A stretch of DNA of 63,321 nt, filler included, from Rozella allomycis CSF55 (taxonomy: Eukaryota): NCBI GenBank assembly GCA_000442015.1. It is 11 parts of 11 records of this genome, joined end to end, with 100 filler letters (N's around TTAATTAATTAA, not from the genome) between each part and the next. Parts side by side here need not be neighbours in the genome. Positions count along the whole stretch, not along the records: positions 21,454 to 32,955 come from KE560420.1; positions 33,056 to 34,161 come from KE560421.1; 9 more parts are not named here. One strand, 5' to 3'. The notes under the pieces were generated by a model, which searched no databases, had not been told where the DNA came from, and saw only the letters and a program-made list of their open reading frames with translations. The translations under genes and the position numbers were made by a program. Position 1 is the first letter of the stretch. Each line of letters opens with the position of its first letter. This document shows positions 23,914 to 34,261 of the stretch, piece after piece.

Positions 23914-24205
23914 TTAATTGCGGAAAGTCTGAATTCAGAAAAAAGTAGAATGTTCTTTTGAATTTTATTCTTATAATTAATTCGCATAAATGAATTAACG
24001 ATAAAAATTAACAAGCCCCTAATGATGATGATCAAGTTAATAATTCAAATTAAAGATGTGGCTGAGAGAGAGATTCGTATGAAGAAATGATAGTCAAGAG
24101 GATTGAATTATAAATTCAAATAATGTTAGCTTTCATTCAAATGACAGCAGTCAATTCCAAAAAAATTCGAGGATGCAACCATGCCACCATACCCCTGCGA
24201 TAAAA

Positions 24206-24751
24206 ATGTCTTACGATCCAAAGGTTCTTAAAGCTGTCATAAAAGAGGGTGGAAAACGTGGTGTTGAAATCGAAGGGGCAGCTGCTCTCGGAGGATTGAA
24301 CTATTTCTGCACAAAGGTCGATGAGCCAAATGGAGATGTTGAACTCTTGATCAAATCTGTTGAAGCTATGAATGCTGAAGTTGATGAGAGCGCTGAAGAA
24401 CGCAGAGGTGGATCCGGAGAAATCGGAAAAATGATCTTGTCTTGCAATGAAAAGAAGCTTGCATTGGTCACCTATGTTCCTGAATCAAGAAAGGAAGAAT
24501 GCTCAGCTGAAGCTTGGCTCAAGGCTATTTTGGATGAATATGAAGGATCTGTCGTCAAGGTTGCTGGAACTATTGCTGCTGGAGAAATTCTTGCTGATGG
24601 TGATAAGGGTAGATTCCCTCTCAAGATCCGTGATGAAGCTATTCCAAAGGGTATTGCTTACTTGCGTGAAAGAGGATTGTTTCCAGTTGATGATGAATCT
24701 GATGATGACTCAGTTGACTACTTTGGAGAGCATAATGTTTTTAATGAATAA
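24206..24751 (+). CDS. Hypothetical protein, C-terminal half resembling the C-Ala/DHHA1 domain of alanyl-tRNA synthetase
   Basis: Intronless 181-aa ORF with marked codon preference; KEGGKRGVEIEGAA..GGL; KLALVTYVP...AEAWLKAIL; acidic tail. Confidence 0.65.
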   Translation: MSYDPKVLKAVIKEGGKRGVEIEGAAALGGLNYFCTKVDEPNGDVELLIKSVEAMNAEVDESAEERRGGSGEIGKMILSCNEKKLALVTYVPESRKEECSAEAWLKAILDEYEGSVVKVAGTIAAGEILADGDKGRFPLKIRDEAIPKGIAYLRERGLFPVDDESDDDSVDYFGEHNVFNE

Positions 24752-24769
24752 ATTAAGTTTTATTGTTAT

Positions 24770-25861
24770 TTAAAACAAAAGGAAAACTGCGTAAACCACT
24801 AGACATTGACCTATGTATATCAATATTTTCTTGTATTCTCTGGTGAAAATGCCAACCAGTATGAAAGCTATCGCGATGGATACATACGAATGATAAAACA
24901 GTTTTTGATTAGGTAGTCTTATGACATTCAATTTTAGACCGCCCTCATTTAATCGCATTAATCCCATTCCTGGATAATCATTTCCTTGCAGCCAACTAAA
25001 GGTTGGAACTGTAACCTCAACAACACCATGGGGGTGCTTTATCTGGCAGAAATCATGATCATCACCACTTAATACAATTTCAGGTTTAATATATGAAAAA
25101 ACAAAATCCGTATTGGCTTGTGATATTAGATTTTGATATTGATATCCCTTATGTTGCTCTATGCTCTGTGACGTCGTTCTTTGCCCACCGCATTTGGTAC
25201 GAGGAGGCCGGTAAAGGGGAACATGTGAAACTAAAATTATTTTTTCTTTCGTATGGTTAGAAAATGATTTTATGAATTGCATAGCATCATTTTTATAGTC
25301 TTTCAATTCTTTAATTGAATCATCCACTTCTAACGCCATAGTATTAACTACAACTAACACATAAGAATGAGGCAGCTTTACAGAATAATTAAGATCCTGT
25401 TTGGTATTCCTTTTAAAATCTTCGATTACGCCAACTACTGTAGTTGACCCAAATCCAATATCATGGTTTCCAGCAACATAATATACATCAGTATTTGTGG
25501 TATAGAAAAGCCTCTGAAATCTTTGGAACTCTAATTGAAATTGCTTAGATTTCCATTCTCTTCCTCCGTCCATAAGGTCCCCCAAAAATAGTATGGAATC
25601 CACCACGTCCTTAAATGCGTTAAAGCATCGTTTCATGTAAATATCACTGTAGAATTCAGTCATGTACAATAAAAATCCACTCTTTTGTCTATATGAATAT
25701 GCATCTGTGATCTGTGGATCCGCAATTATGGCCAACTGGTATTCCTGATCGGTTTCCCTTGAAAAGCTAAATTTCAATCTTTTATATGCGAAACTTTCAT
25801 TGTATAGCATCAAAACTATGCATAGGTTGCGAACAAGTTGAAAGAGACGTTCAGATTTCAT
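24770..25861 (-). CDS. CDC1: CDC1/MPPE1 metallophosphoesterase (GPI remodelling)
   Basis: ADPQ, GDLMDGGR, GNHDIG, SHVPLY, SGDDHD motifs; N- and C-terminal hydrophobic helices. Confidence 0.88.
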   Translation of the reverse strand: MKSERLFQLVRNLCIVLMLYNESFAYKRLKFSFSRETDQEYQLAIIADPQITDAYSYRQKSGFLLYMTEFYSDIYMKRCFNAFKDVVDSILFLGDLMDGGREWKSKQFQLEFQRFQRLFYTTNTDVYYVAGNHDIGFGSTTVVGVIEDFKRNTKQDLNYSVKLPHSYVLVVVNTMALEVDDSIKELKDYKNDAMQFIKSFSNHTKEKIILVSHVPLYRPPRTKCGGQRTTSQSIEQHKGYQYQNLISQANTDFVFSYIKPEIVLSGDDHDFCQIKHPHGVVEVTVPTFSWLQGNDYPGMGLMRLNEGGLKLNVIRLPNQKLFYHSYVSIAIAFILVGIFTREYKKILIYIGQCLVVYAVFLLF

Positions 25862-26031
25862 GAACCGTGAACGCCACTTACTGAATACTGAGCGATAAAC
25901 TATAAAAAGCAATTTATTTAATGATACATAAAATANTTTGAAAGAGACGGTCAGATTTCATAAACGCCACTTACTGAGCGATAAACTATAAAAAGCAATT
26001 TATTTAATGATACATAAAATACAAAATTTTC

Positions 26032-26931
26032 CTAAAAGTAAAAGTGGGTATACTTCCGACTATCTTCATGTATGTCCATTTCACGTTTCAGTGCATTTAG
26101 CTCCTGCTTGATCAAGTAAGCCATCACAGGTGTAATATTTAAATTGAATTCCCCTTTTCTTTCATATTCATCTCCAGAGTGAGTTATTCCAATGACAATA
26201 TCATCTTGAAATTTGACAGATTTCATGGACTTATGATTATCTTCTTTAAACTCGTTTTTGAGAATTCCTTTGAGAATACCCGGCTTTGATTCATCATCTG
26301 ATATGGAGCCCATTACAGTAGACTCGTTCGAATCTTCAGTAGGCCCTTCATCATTCCAATCAAACAAATCATCTGTCACTTCTGTAATCTTTGGCTCAGT
26401 TGAGCATACCAAAAATGATGCATCTTTTGAATTGTCAAATTTGAATGTATAATGGAATAGCCCAGCAGCCATGCTGGCAAAAAACAACTGGAGCGCAAAG
26501 TCATTCCCCGAATCATCACGAAGTAAGTTGTTGAAAATTGAGCGCCAATTATCATTTGATTCTTTTCGTGCACAAGTAATCGCCGAAGATGTTGAAGATA
26601 AAGATGAGTTTGAATAAGTATTTTCCAAAGCCTTGACTAATTTACATTCATCAGATTGTTTCTCATTAGCTTTGATTTCAACTGGAGATACACTGCAGCA
26701 GAGTCTATGCTTCATCCATTCTATAAGTGCAGCTTTCATTTTTTCGGTTAGACTAGATCGTCTCTTTTTGATAACAGGCTCTGGTTCATTTGGAATGATT
26801 GTCTCACAAGTAGGATAGTGAATAATGGGTTGCTGTTTTCGAAGCCAAGTCATAATCAGGGGTTTGTATATGATTTGCTTTTGTTTTGGCCTTTGATAGG
26901 TCGGAGTTTCACCAAATTGGGACAAATTCAC
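26032..26931 (-). CDS. PP1-targeting subunit with BNI4/PHACTR-type C-terminus
   Basis: GILKGILK, RVxF motif KSVKF, EYERK, IKQELNALKREMDIHEDSRKYTHFY; start uncertain. Confidence 0.72.
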   Translation of the reverse strand: MNLSQFGETPTYQRPKQKQIIYKPLIMTWLRKQQPIIHYPTCETIIPNEPEPVIKKRRSSLTEKMKAALIEWMKHRLCCSVSPVEIKANEKQSDECKLVKALENTYSNSSLSSTSSAITCARKESNDNWRSIFNNLLRDDSGNDFALQLFFASMAAGLFHYTFKFDNSKDASFLVCSTEPKITEVTDDLFDWNDEGPTEDSNESTVMGSISDDESKPGILKGILKNEFKEDNHKSMKSVKFQDDIVIGITHSGDEYERKGEFNLNITPVMAYLIKQELNALKREMDIHEDSRKYTHFYF

Positions 26932-27174
26932 GCGAAAATGAAATTTACTAATATATCAAATATAAACATTATTTTTTACACTTTAGAACTCTGATTAATT
27001 AATTTTAAACACCCTAATTATAGATTCTAGTAGATCTGCGTACAACACGAACTTTGCGCAACCTCGACATTAACGTCAAAATATAGTGATCAAGAGGATC
27101 CTCATAATCGGAAGAAATTATTTTTTTTTTGATATTTTTAATGATGCCTTTGAAAACGTTTAAAAAATTTCAGA

Positions 27175-28575
27175 ATGGAAACAGGAAATATGACCTATCC
27201 TTTGGAAATGTCGATAGAATCAGCCAATTCAGTCACACATGCGGAAATAAATAATAAAGAAAGGAATAAAATTCAGACAAAATTAAAGAATTCGGATATA
27301 GAAGAAACATTTATTTTACGGCAAGTTTGGAAGATTTTAGAGGCGTAGGGGCTAATATTTTTAATTTAATCGATAGAAAATACAATGGTGCACAGTTCTG
27401 GAAAGATTTTGAAGCAGGGGACAATGATTTTATCAGAAATTTTAGGGCCGGAAAAATACTTACCTTATCCTGCCTGGTGGTACAGCTGGTTTTATTGTAT
27501 TATAATAGAATGATTTTTATGCATTTATAAATGAATTAAGGAAAAGCCAAAGGTTTGATTCAAAGGCAACAGAGTTTCATGATACCTTCCTGACGCTTAT
27601 CTCACCATACATTGAAATAAAGTTGGAAAAGGTAGTTTATAATTCGCATAGTTATAGACATTAATCTTGTACAAACAAGGAAAGAATGGGAATTTTTTGT
27701 TTTCCAGTCTTCCTCGAGAAACAATTTCGAAAGAAATGTTAGAAACTACTGGTATAGATATCTTAATACACATATAGGTTATAAAGTATTAGAAATCGAG
27801 CCAAATGACGATATGGCACCTTCACGATCATTCACATTGGCTACTTGCATAAATGACTATAAAGAACTTGAGCAAAAACCTACTCAGAGAAATTCTAAAA
27901 CGCGATTTACTTGTAATGATACTGGAACAAGTTCATTTATGCCTCGATATGATTCAATGGGGCAAACATTTGACTATGATGAATTTTTGTGGCTTGAGTG
28001 CTTAAAGAACGAAAAGCAAATAGCCGATTTAGAGGAGGAAATTAGACACTCAAATTTTCATTATAATCATTTGAGGAAAATATGTGATATAATGTCGGGA
28101 GAAGAATCAGCAATGGAGATAGATAGCATTGAATACGACAGTGAGTATAATAACACTACAAGACCGCCAAGTCGTACTGAAACCTTGGAATTTGAAGATA
28201 TAATTGACTTTCATTCAGAAGATTTCGCCTATTTGATTACAGAGTGGGCAAAACTTGTTGACTATCGATTGGAAAAATGTATTTTACAGCCATTTCCGAT
28301 TGAGCAATCTTTGCGTAACTTTGGAAGGCATTTATAATGTAGATGATAAAATCAAAGCCTTGATGACAGACAAAATATACAAGGAAGGGATTAGCCCTTG
28401 CCACTTGGTCAATTTGAAATCATTGAAAAATCAGATGAAAGTTTATCAACCACAGAAAATAACTTATAATGGAGTTTTGAATCCAAATAATCTCGTTTAT
28501 ATTTCAGAGAATAATACAAGGAAAAGTGTTTTTGTCAAAGGAAAGAAAAAAAGATACCCAAAAATCCGAATGTAA
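27175..28575 (+). CDS. Multi-exon hypothetical protein
   Basis: Consecutive plus-strand ORFs separated by short intron-like segments; no recognised motif; exon structure unresolved. Confidence 0.45.
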
Positions 28576-28647
28576 AATTCCAAACGTTGAACAAGAAATT
28601 GGAACAATATTTTGAATAAATTAAAATAAAAATGAAAGCAAAATTTA

Positions 28648-31094
28648 TTAATCTAAATGCTTTTTTTCTTGATCATCGGAAGCCGAACTTACTTCTGATG
28701 ATTTTTTCTGAGATTCGATTTCTTTAAGCCAATGCGTCCTATTGGATTCCAAACCTTCAAGAACAACAGGGATCGGTTCAAATTTATGCAAAGCTTCAAA
28801 CAAAGGGTGGCAAATGAATTCAATGAAACCTGATTGACTGCTGGCTAAATTAACTGTTTCTCGGTCCATTAACGGTGAAACTGGAAGCCCTAAACGTTTC
28901 TCTTCGTCACCTTGACGAAAAAATTCTTCAAGAACTTTATGAACCCAATTTAAATGTAAATCAAACGCTTTTGTTGAATTGCAAACATCAGCAGCTTTAA
29001 TTACAATTTTGAATAACAAAAGTTGATCATCTTTTGATTCATTGGGCAAAAATTTTGATTCTTCATTCGAAATCTTTTTTAAATAAATTTACCGTTTTTA
29101 CCTTTGCTCTGAAGAGAGATAAAATTTCAAAATGCTTGGCCAAGTCTGTGGCTAAGACAAGTTCAATTACAGCGGATCTGAATTCTTTAAATTCATTTTT
29201 TCCAAAATCTTTTAGAAAATTATTTTCTTCTTTCATCAAAATGTTAAATCCAGTCGTTAAATGATGATTTTCCAAGATAGATTTATCATTGTACATTATC
29301 GCCTTTTCATCAAGGGTTGTAGCCAAAAAGTTATTGTTAAACCCGCCATGTCCAACATCATGAATGATGGCAGCAAAAAATAAAGCTGCCAAATCAAGAT
29401 CTGTAACTAAATCTCTGAATTGTGTTTTAGAGAAAAAGTAGTACGTAGCATGCAATACGTCAGCCGCATGAACGCACGTGTGGTCTACATTCACTTTAAT
29501 TTATATTTATTACATGTTATATCACTTCTGTACCCAGATTGAATAGAATTAATACATCTCATAAACTTTTCTTCTGGTATTTGAAGATTATCAAAAAGCG
29601 CATATTTACGAAAAAGAAATAATGATAACACAACCAGGGGTCTTCCATTTGTCGATTGATCAAAAGAAAAAATATCAAAATTCCAATCATCAACTTTTTG
29701 TAAAATTTGTGAAACCAGCGGAACAAAATCTTCAGTATCAGAAAATGTCTCTTCCAAATCAAAACTTGTTATGATCTCTTCCAATTCACTTGAATGGTTG
29801 TCACTGTCTTCTTTAATTTTTAAAACGGGTGATGATAATTGTCGATGAATCTTTTGTACTATTGTTCCGACTTTGGAACATGAATGTTTGCAATCCTCTT
29901 CATTCTCTGACTCACATGCAAGACTTTGAACACTCTTTCTCCTTTTAGGATTTAACAATGCTGGATTCTTTTTCACAATTTCTGAAAACAACCAATTCTA
30001 AATTTCAAAAATATCTAAATGTTACTTTTTGTTGCTCATCCATTGACAGAAAAGTTGGTTGTTGATCAAGATTTGGTGCCAGTAAATTATCAGAATTCAA
30101 TGCTTCCATTGTTTTCATCAAAATCTCCAATTGTCCAGTCGTTATCTCAGGATCAGCCATCAAAAGTCTAATATAGTTTGTAACTTTTTCAAGCGGTGAA
30201 TCCAAATCAACAGCATTTTTTCCATAAGAACGCTGAAGATTTTTAAGTTGATCAATTAATTTCTTATTGGTCGTCGCCAAAACTTCAGACTCGAAAAACT
30301 GCTTCCTATTGGTGTGCTCCTGTTGATATGCGATATATGCAGCAACAACGCAACAAATACTCACTGAAAATACAGTGAAAAAGCATTCTTGAATCTCAAA
30401 ATATTCGTTTTTGACAAACAATGAAATTAATTGAAAGAGCAAACCCATTATTGAAACCATGGTGGTTCTGAACGGTATGTAATTCAAAATATGAAATGTG
30501 ATAATGCATGTAATAAATATCGTTGCAGGAGTGGTGGGCGATCCCCTCGGCTCAAACCAAGCAAAAACTCCAGCTCCAATTGTCATCCAATTGCAAATCA
30601 CAGCAAGCCATGATACATATCTCATCAATGAAAATCTTCTGCAAACAAATTTGACAATGCCAGCAAATAAAACCCATGGAACAATCCAAAACAGAAAAAG
30701 CATAGAAATATCGTGAATCGCGGAATACTCCATCTTTGTCAAGGATCTAACAAGAATCAAACACAAAAATCCGGTAATCGCTATAGATGTATTCCAAGCC
30801 GCAAAAATCAACCATGATGATGCCGACAGGCCCTTTTCCATGAATGATATAAACTCAGATTCCAAGTTTTGATTGGTAAACTTTAATGAAAATTTGTTAT
30901 ATTCCATGATCTTTGGTTTCTGGACAATTTCTATAGTCGATGTGGACACTTCTGGCAGTGGCAACGTGGTGGACTGATAAAACATGGACATCTTCCTCTC
31001 ATACCTCTTGCTGGATTTTTTGGGGGTTGGAAACTTGTATGGCTTTGCAAACTAGATTGTAACACACAGATTTCATTACTGGAGAACTGTCCAT
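28648..31094 (-). CDS. Class I cyclic-nucleotide phosphodiesterase with N-terminal multi-TM region
   Basis: YHTCVHAADV (across a splice), HDVGHGGFNN, LENHH, LATDL, IKAADVCN, EEFFRQGDEE; about 6 hydrophobic helices in 30005-30991; 28-29 nt introns. Confidence 0.9.
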
Positions 31095-31283
31095 AAATTT
31101 TCAGGAAATTTTGAGAACGTGCTCCATGCGTTTTGACTTATGAATTTGATAAATAAATTAACTAATAATTTAAAATTTATTAAAATGGTTATGTATTTTT
31201 AAATTATTCTGGATATTGTACAGGCGCGAATATTAAACAGATTTCATGAAATTTCTCCATTGAGGGTTCTAGTTATAGGTTGC

Positions 31284-32841
31284 ATGGGGCATGCTAAACG
31301 ATTAAATATTTGGTAATAAAGTTTTGATATAATTTTATAGCATGGTTTCTGATTTTTTCTTCCCAAATATGGGAGGAGTTGAAAGTCATTTGTATTGTTT
31401 GTCGCAATGTTTAATTAAGAGAGGTCACAAGGTAATAGCAATGATCACGATGGAAGAGGTTATAATTATAACTCACGCATATGGGAAACGTGCCGGTGTG
31501 AGATATCTTTCGAATGGTCTCAAAGTATATTACGTCCCGACTTTGGTAATCAGTTCACAGGCCACTTTACCCAATCTATTTGGATTCTTTCCCTTGTTCA
31601 GATACATTGTCCTTCGCGAAGAAATAAATATCATTCATGGACATCAAGTAAAATTGATCTATTGAAATAAATGGCATTTTCAAGTTTGGCGGCAGAAGCA
31701 ATTATACATGGAAAAACTATGGGATTGAAAGTATACTTCACGGATCATTCATTATTCGGATTCGCAGATGCCAGTAGCATTTTGACAAACAAACTTTTAA
31801 AATTTACACTATCAGACATTGATCATGTGATTTGCGTGTCTAACACGAGGTAAATTTGATGAATTTTTGTTATAAGCAAAGAAAATACAGTTTTAAGAGC
31901 GGTTTTAAATCCCAACAATGTAAGTGTGATTCCAAATGCTCTTGTTGCAAGCCAACTGTTGCCCGACCCATCGAAACGAAACCCAGATTATAGTAAGTTT
32001 AAATAATTTAAAAAAACGTAGTAACGATAGTTGTTCTAAGTAGACTTGTATATAGGAAAGGAATGGATTTGTTAGTAGCAGTTATTCCAAGATTGTGCGC
32101 TTACCATCCAAGATTGCGATTTATAATTGGTAAACCATTGAAAAAACAATGAAAAAGGTGGGGATGGACCCAAGAGAATCGATTTAGAACAAATGCGAGA
32201 AAAATACTTTCTTTACGATCGAGTGGAGCTGGTTGGTGCGGTTAGGCATTCGCAAGTTCGTAATGTAAGTTTTATAAAAGCAATATATAGATATTGGTCA
32301 AGGGAGATATATTTTTAAATACTTCACTGACAGAAGCTTTCTGTATTGGAATCGTTGAAGCAGCTTGTTGTGGACTTTTAGTAGTGAGTACAAAAGTTGG
32401 CGGAGTTCCTGAAGTCTTACCAGAGGAAATGATTCTTTTTGCAAAGCCTGATGAGGATGGTATCTATTATAATAATTAAAAACAGATATTGTAAACGTAG
32501 TTAGCGAAGCAATCGACATCATAGAATCCAAAGAGCTTGACACGACAGCGTTTCATGAACAGGTAAAGAAGATGTATAGTTGGGAAGACATTGCAGCTCG
32601 AACAGAGATTGTTTATAAGAAAGACTCGCCAAACTTCAAGCTTCCTCTTATTGAACGCCTACGACGATATTACGGGTGTGGATTATGGTATGGCAAACTC
32701 CTGTGCTTGGTGATGATTTTGGACTGGATTCTTTTATTCATTTTGGAATACTTTTATCCTCTGGAAAGTATAGACAAGGCCGAATTTTTCGATGCCAAGA
32801 CATTGAATGACGACAACTTTGAACAAGGAGACAACCTATAA
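31284..32841 (+). CDS. PIGA: GPI-GlcNAc transferase catalytic subunit PIG-A/GPI3
   Basis: [58 protein letters not shown]; about 8 introns of 26-31 nt. Confidence 0.95.
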
Positions 32842-33055
32842 GACGTCAGTTGTAGTGTATGTATGATAGATATGATAAACGTGAATAAATTTATTTATTT
32901 ATTCATTCAACTTTTTGTCAATAAGTATCGTTATGAAAACCTAGTTCACGCGCCCNNNNNNNNNNNNNNNNNNNNNNNNNNNNNNNNNNNNNNNNNNNNT
33001 TAATTAATTAANNNNNNNNNNNNNNNNNNNNNNNNNNNNNNNNNNNNNNNNNNNN

Positions 33056-34161
33056 TGGTCTCAGGGTTGAAGTACAAATTTGTGGCTAAGTTTGAGGGTC
33101 GTAATGGGGCTGTCAACTTTTAACTCACGAAAAAGAAGAAAGGTGGAAGCCCCTGGAAAAAAACCTTTCCAAGGTAAATAGTCATATGTCTTATTTTTAG
33201 ACCTTGATGTATTATATAAATTGATTAGCCAAAATATTAAAAATAGACCGTTATTCTTGCAAAGAAATTTGAAATTTGTAGTAGAAGAACGGCTTAAAAT
33301 AAAGTATCATGTTTATATGATAATGTATAGACAATCTAAGAGATTCGTAACATCACACTTTGAATTCTATTTCAATTTTCCAGGAAACAAAAAGAAAGAT
33401 GAGAAATGTATCTATATTACTTTATCAGAAAAAAATAATGGGAAGGAGGTAAAAGAATAACATCTGCCCTCATAGATTGTCAAAACCAAACCATATTCCA
33501 TTGAGTCTGGAGCAGATATTGGATTTGAAGTTTCAGGAAGAAACTTTGCTAGATCATTACAAACGAGCAAAGTATTTGTAAATTTAGGACTAGCTACTTC
33601 GAATTGTGACTATCAAGGGTATTTTAGAATACGAAAGTTTAGAAAGTATGCAAGTGTTCGCAATTTGAATGTTCGTTTGTTTGATCATTTGTTGGGTGTT
33701 TATTCGGATGTCCAGTTTGATTTCTTAATTAAAGAACGGCGCAAAGAAAAGAAGATTGAAACGCTATGTTTTTATCAATTTGGCAATATGCGAGACTCCA
33801 AAATATATGTAGCTACTACGAAAAGGTTGGGATGCTATTGGTGTACACATGTGCCTTTTAAGACTCCCGAAGAACTGCAAAAGCATTTAGAACTTTGTCA
33901 TTCCCACTTTGATATTACTTGCGAGGTATTTCTTTTGTACTTTTAATCAATACAGCAGGATCTCACTCAAAGCTATCAAATGATCCATTTTTATCTATAC
34001 GCTGATTCTGATTTCAGCTTTAAATGCGAAAAAAATGACTTTGTTTGGGATTCTTATAGAAATAGTTTTGACGAGAAGATGCCAATAAAGACTAGAGAGA
34101 AAAACTTTGATTTGAAAATATATATGAAAGATATGTAAAATAGTATTTACAATGATGATAG
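33056..34161 (+). CDS. SUZ12-like PRC2 subunit, partial
   Basis: RPLFLQRNLKF (ZnB-like); FYQF followed by C2H2 finger LGCYWC...LQKHLELCHSHF; VEFS box not inside the contig. Confidence 0.6.
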
Positions 34162-34261
34162 NNNNNNNNNNNNNNNNNNNNNNNNNNNNNNNNNNNNNNN
34201 NNNNNTTAATTAATTAANNNNNNNNNNNNNNNNNNNNNNNNNNNNNNNNNNNNNNNNNNNN

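Noticed and set aside
27321-27348. GC-AG intron in the hypothetical gene
   Set aside because: The 28-nt version gives a stop; only a 20-nt version keeps frame, which cannot be supported without cDNA
24770-32841. GPI-pathway cluster (CDC1 and PIG-A within 8 kb)
   Set aside because: Separated by three unrelated genes in a gene-dense genome; chance proximity is sufficient
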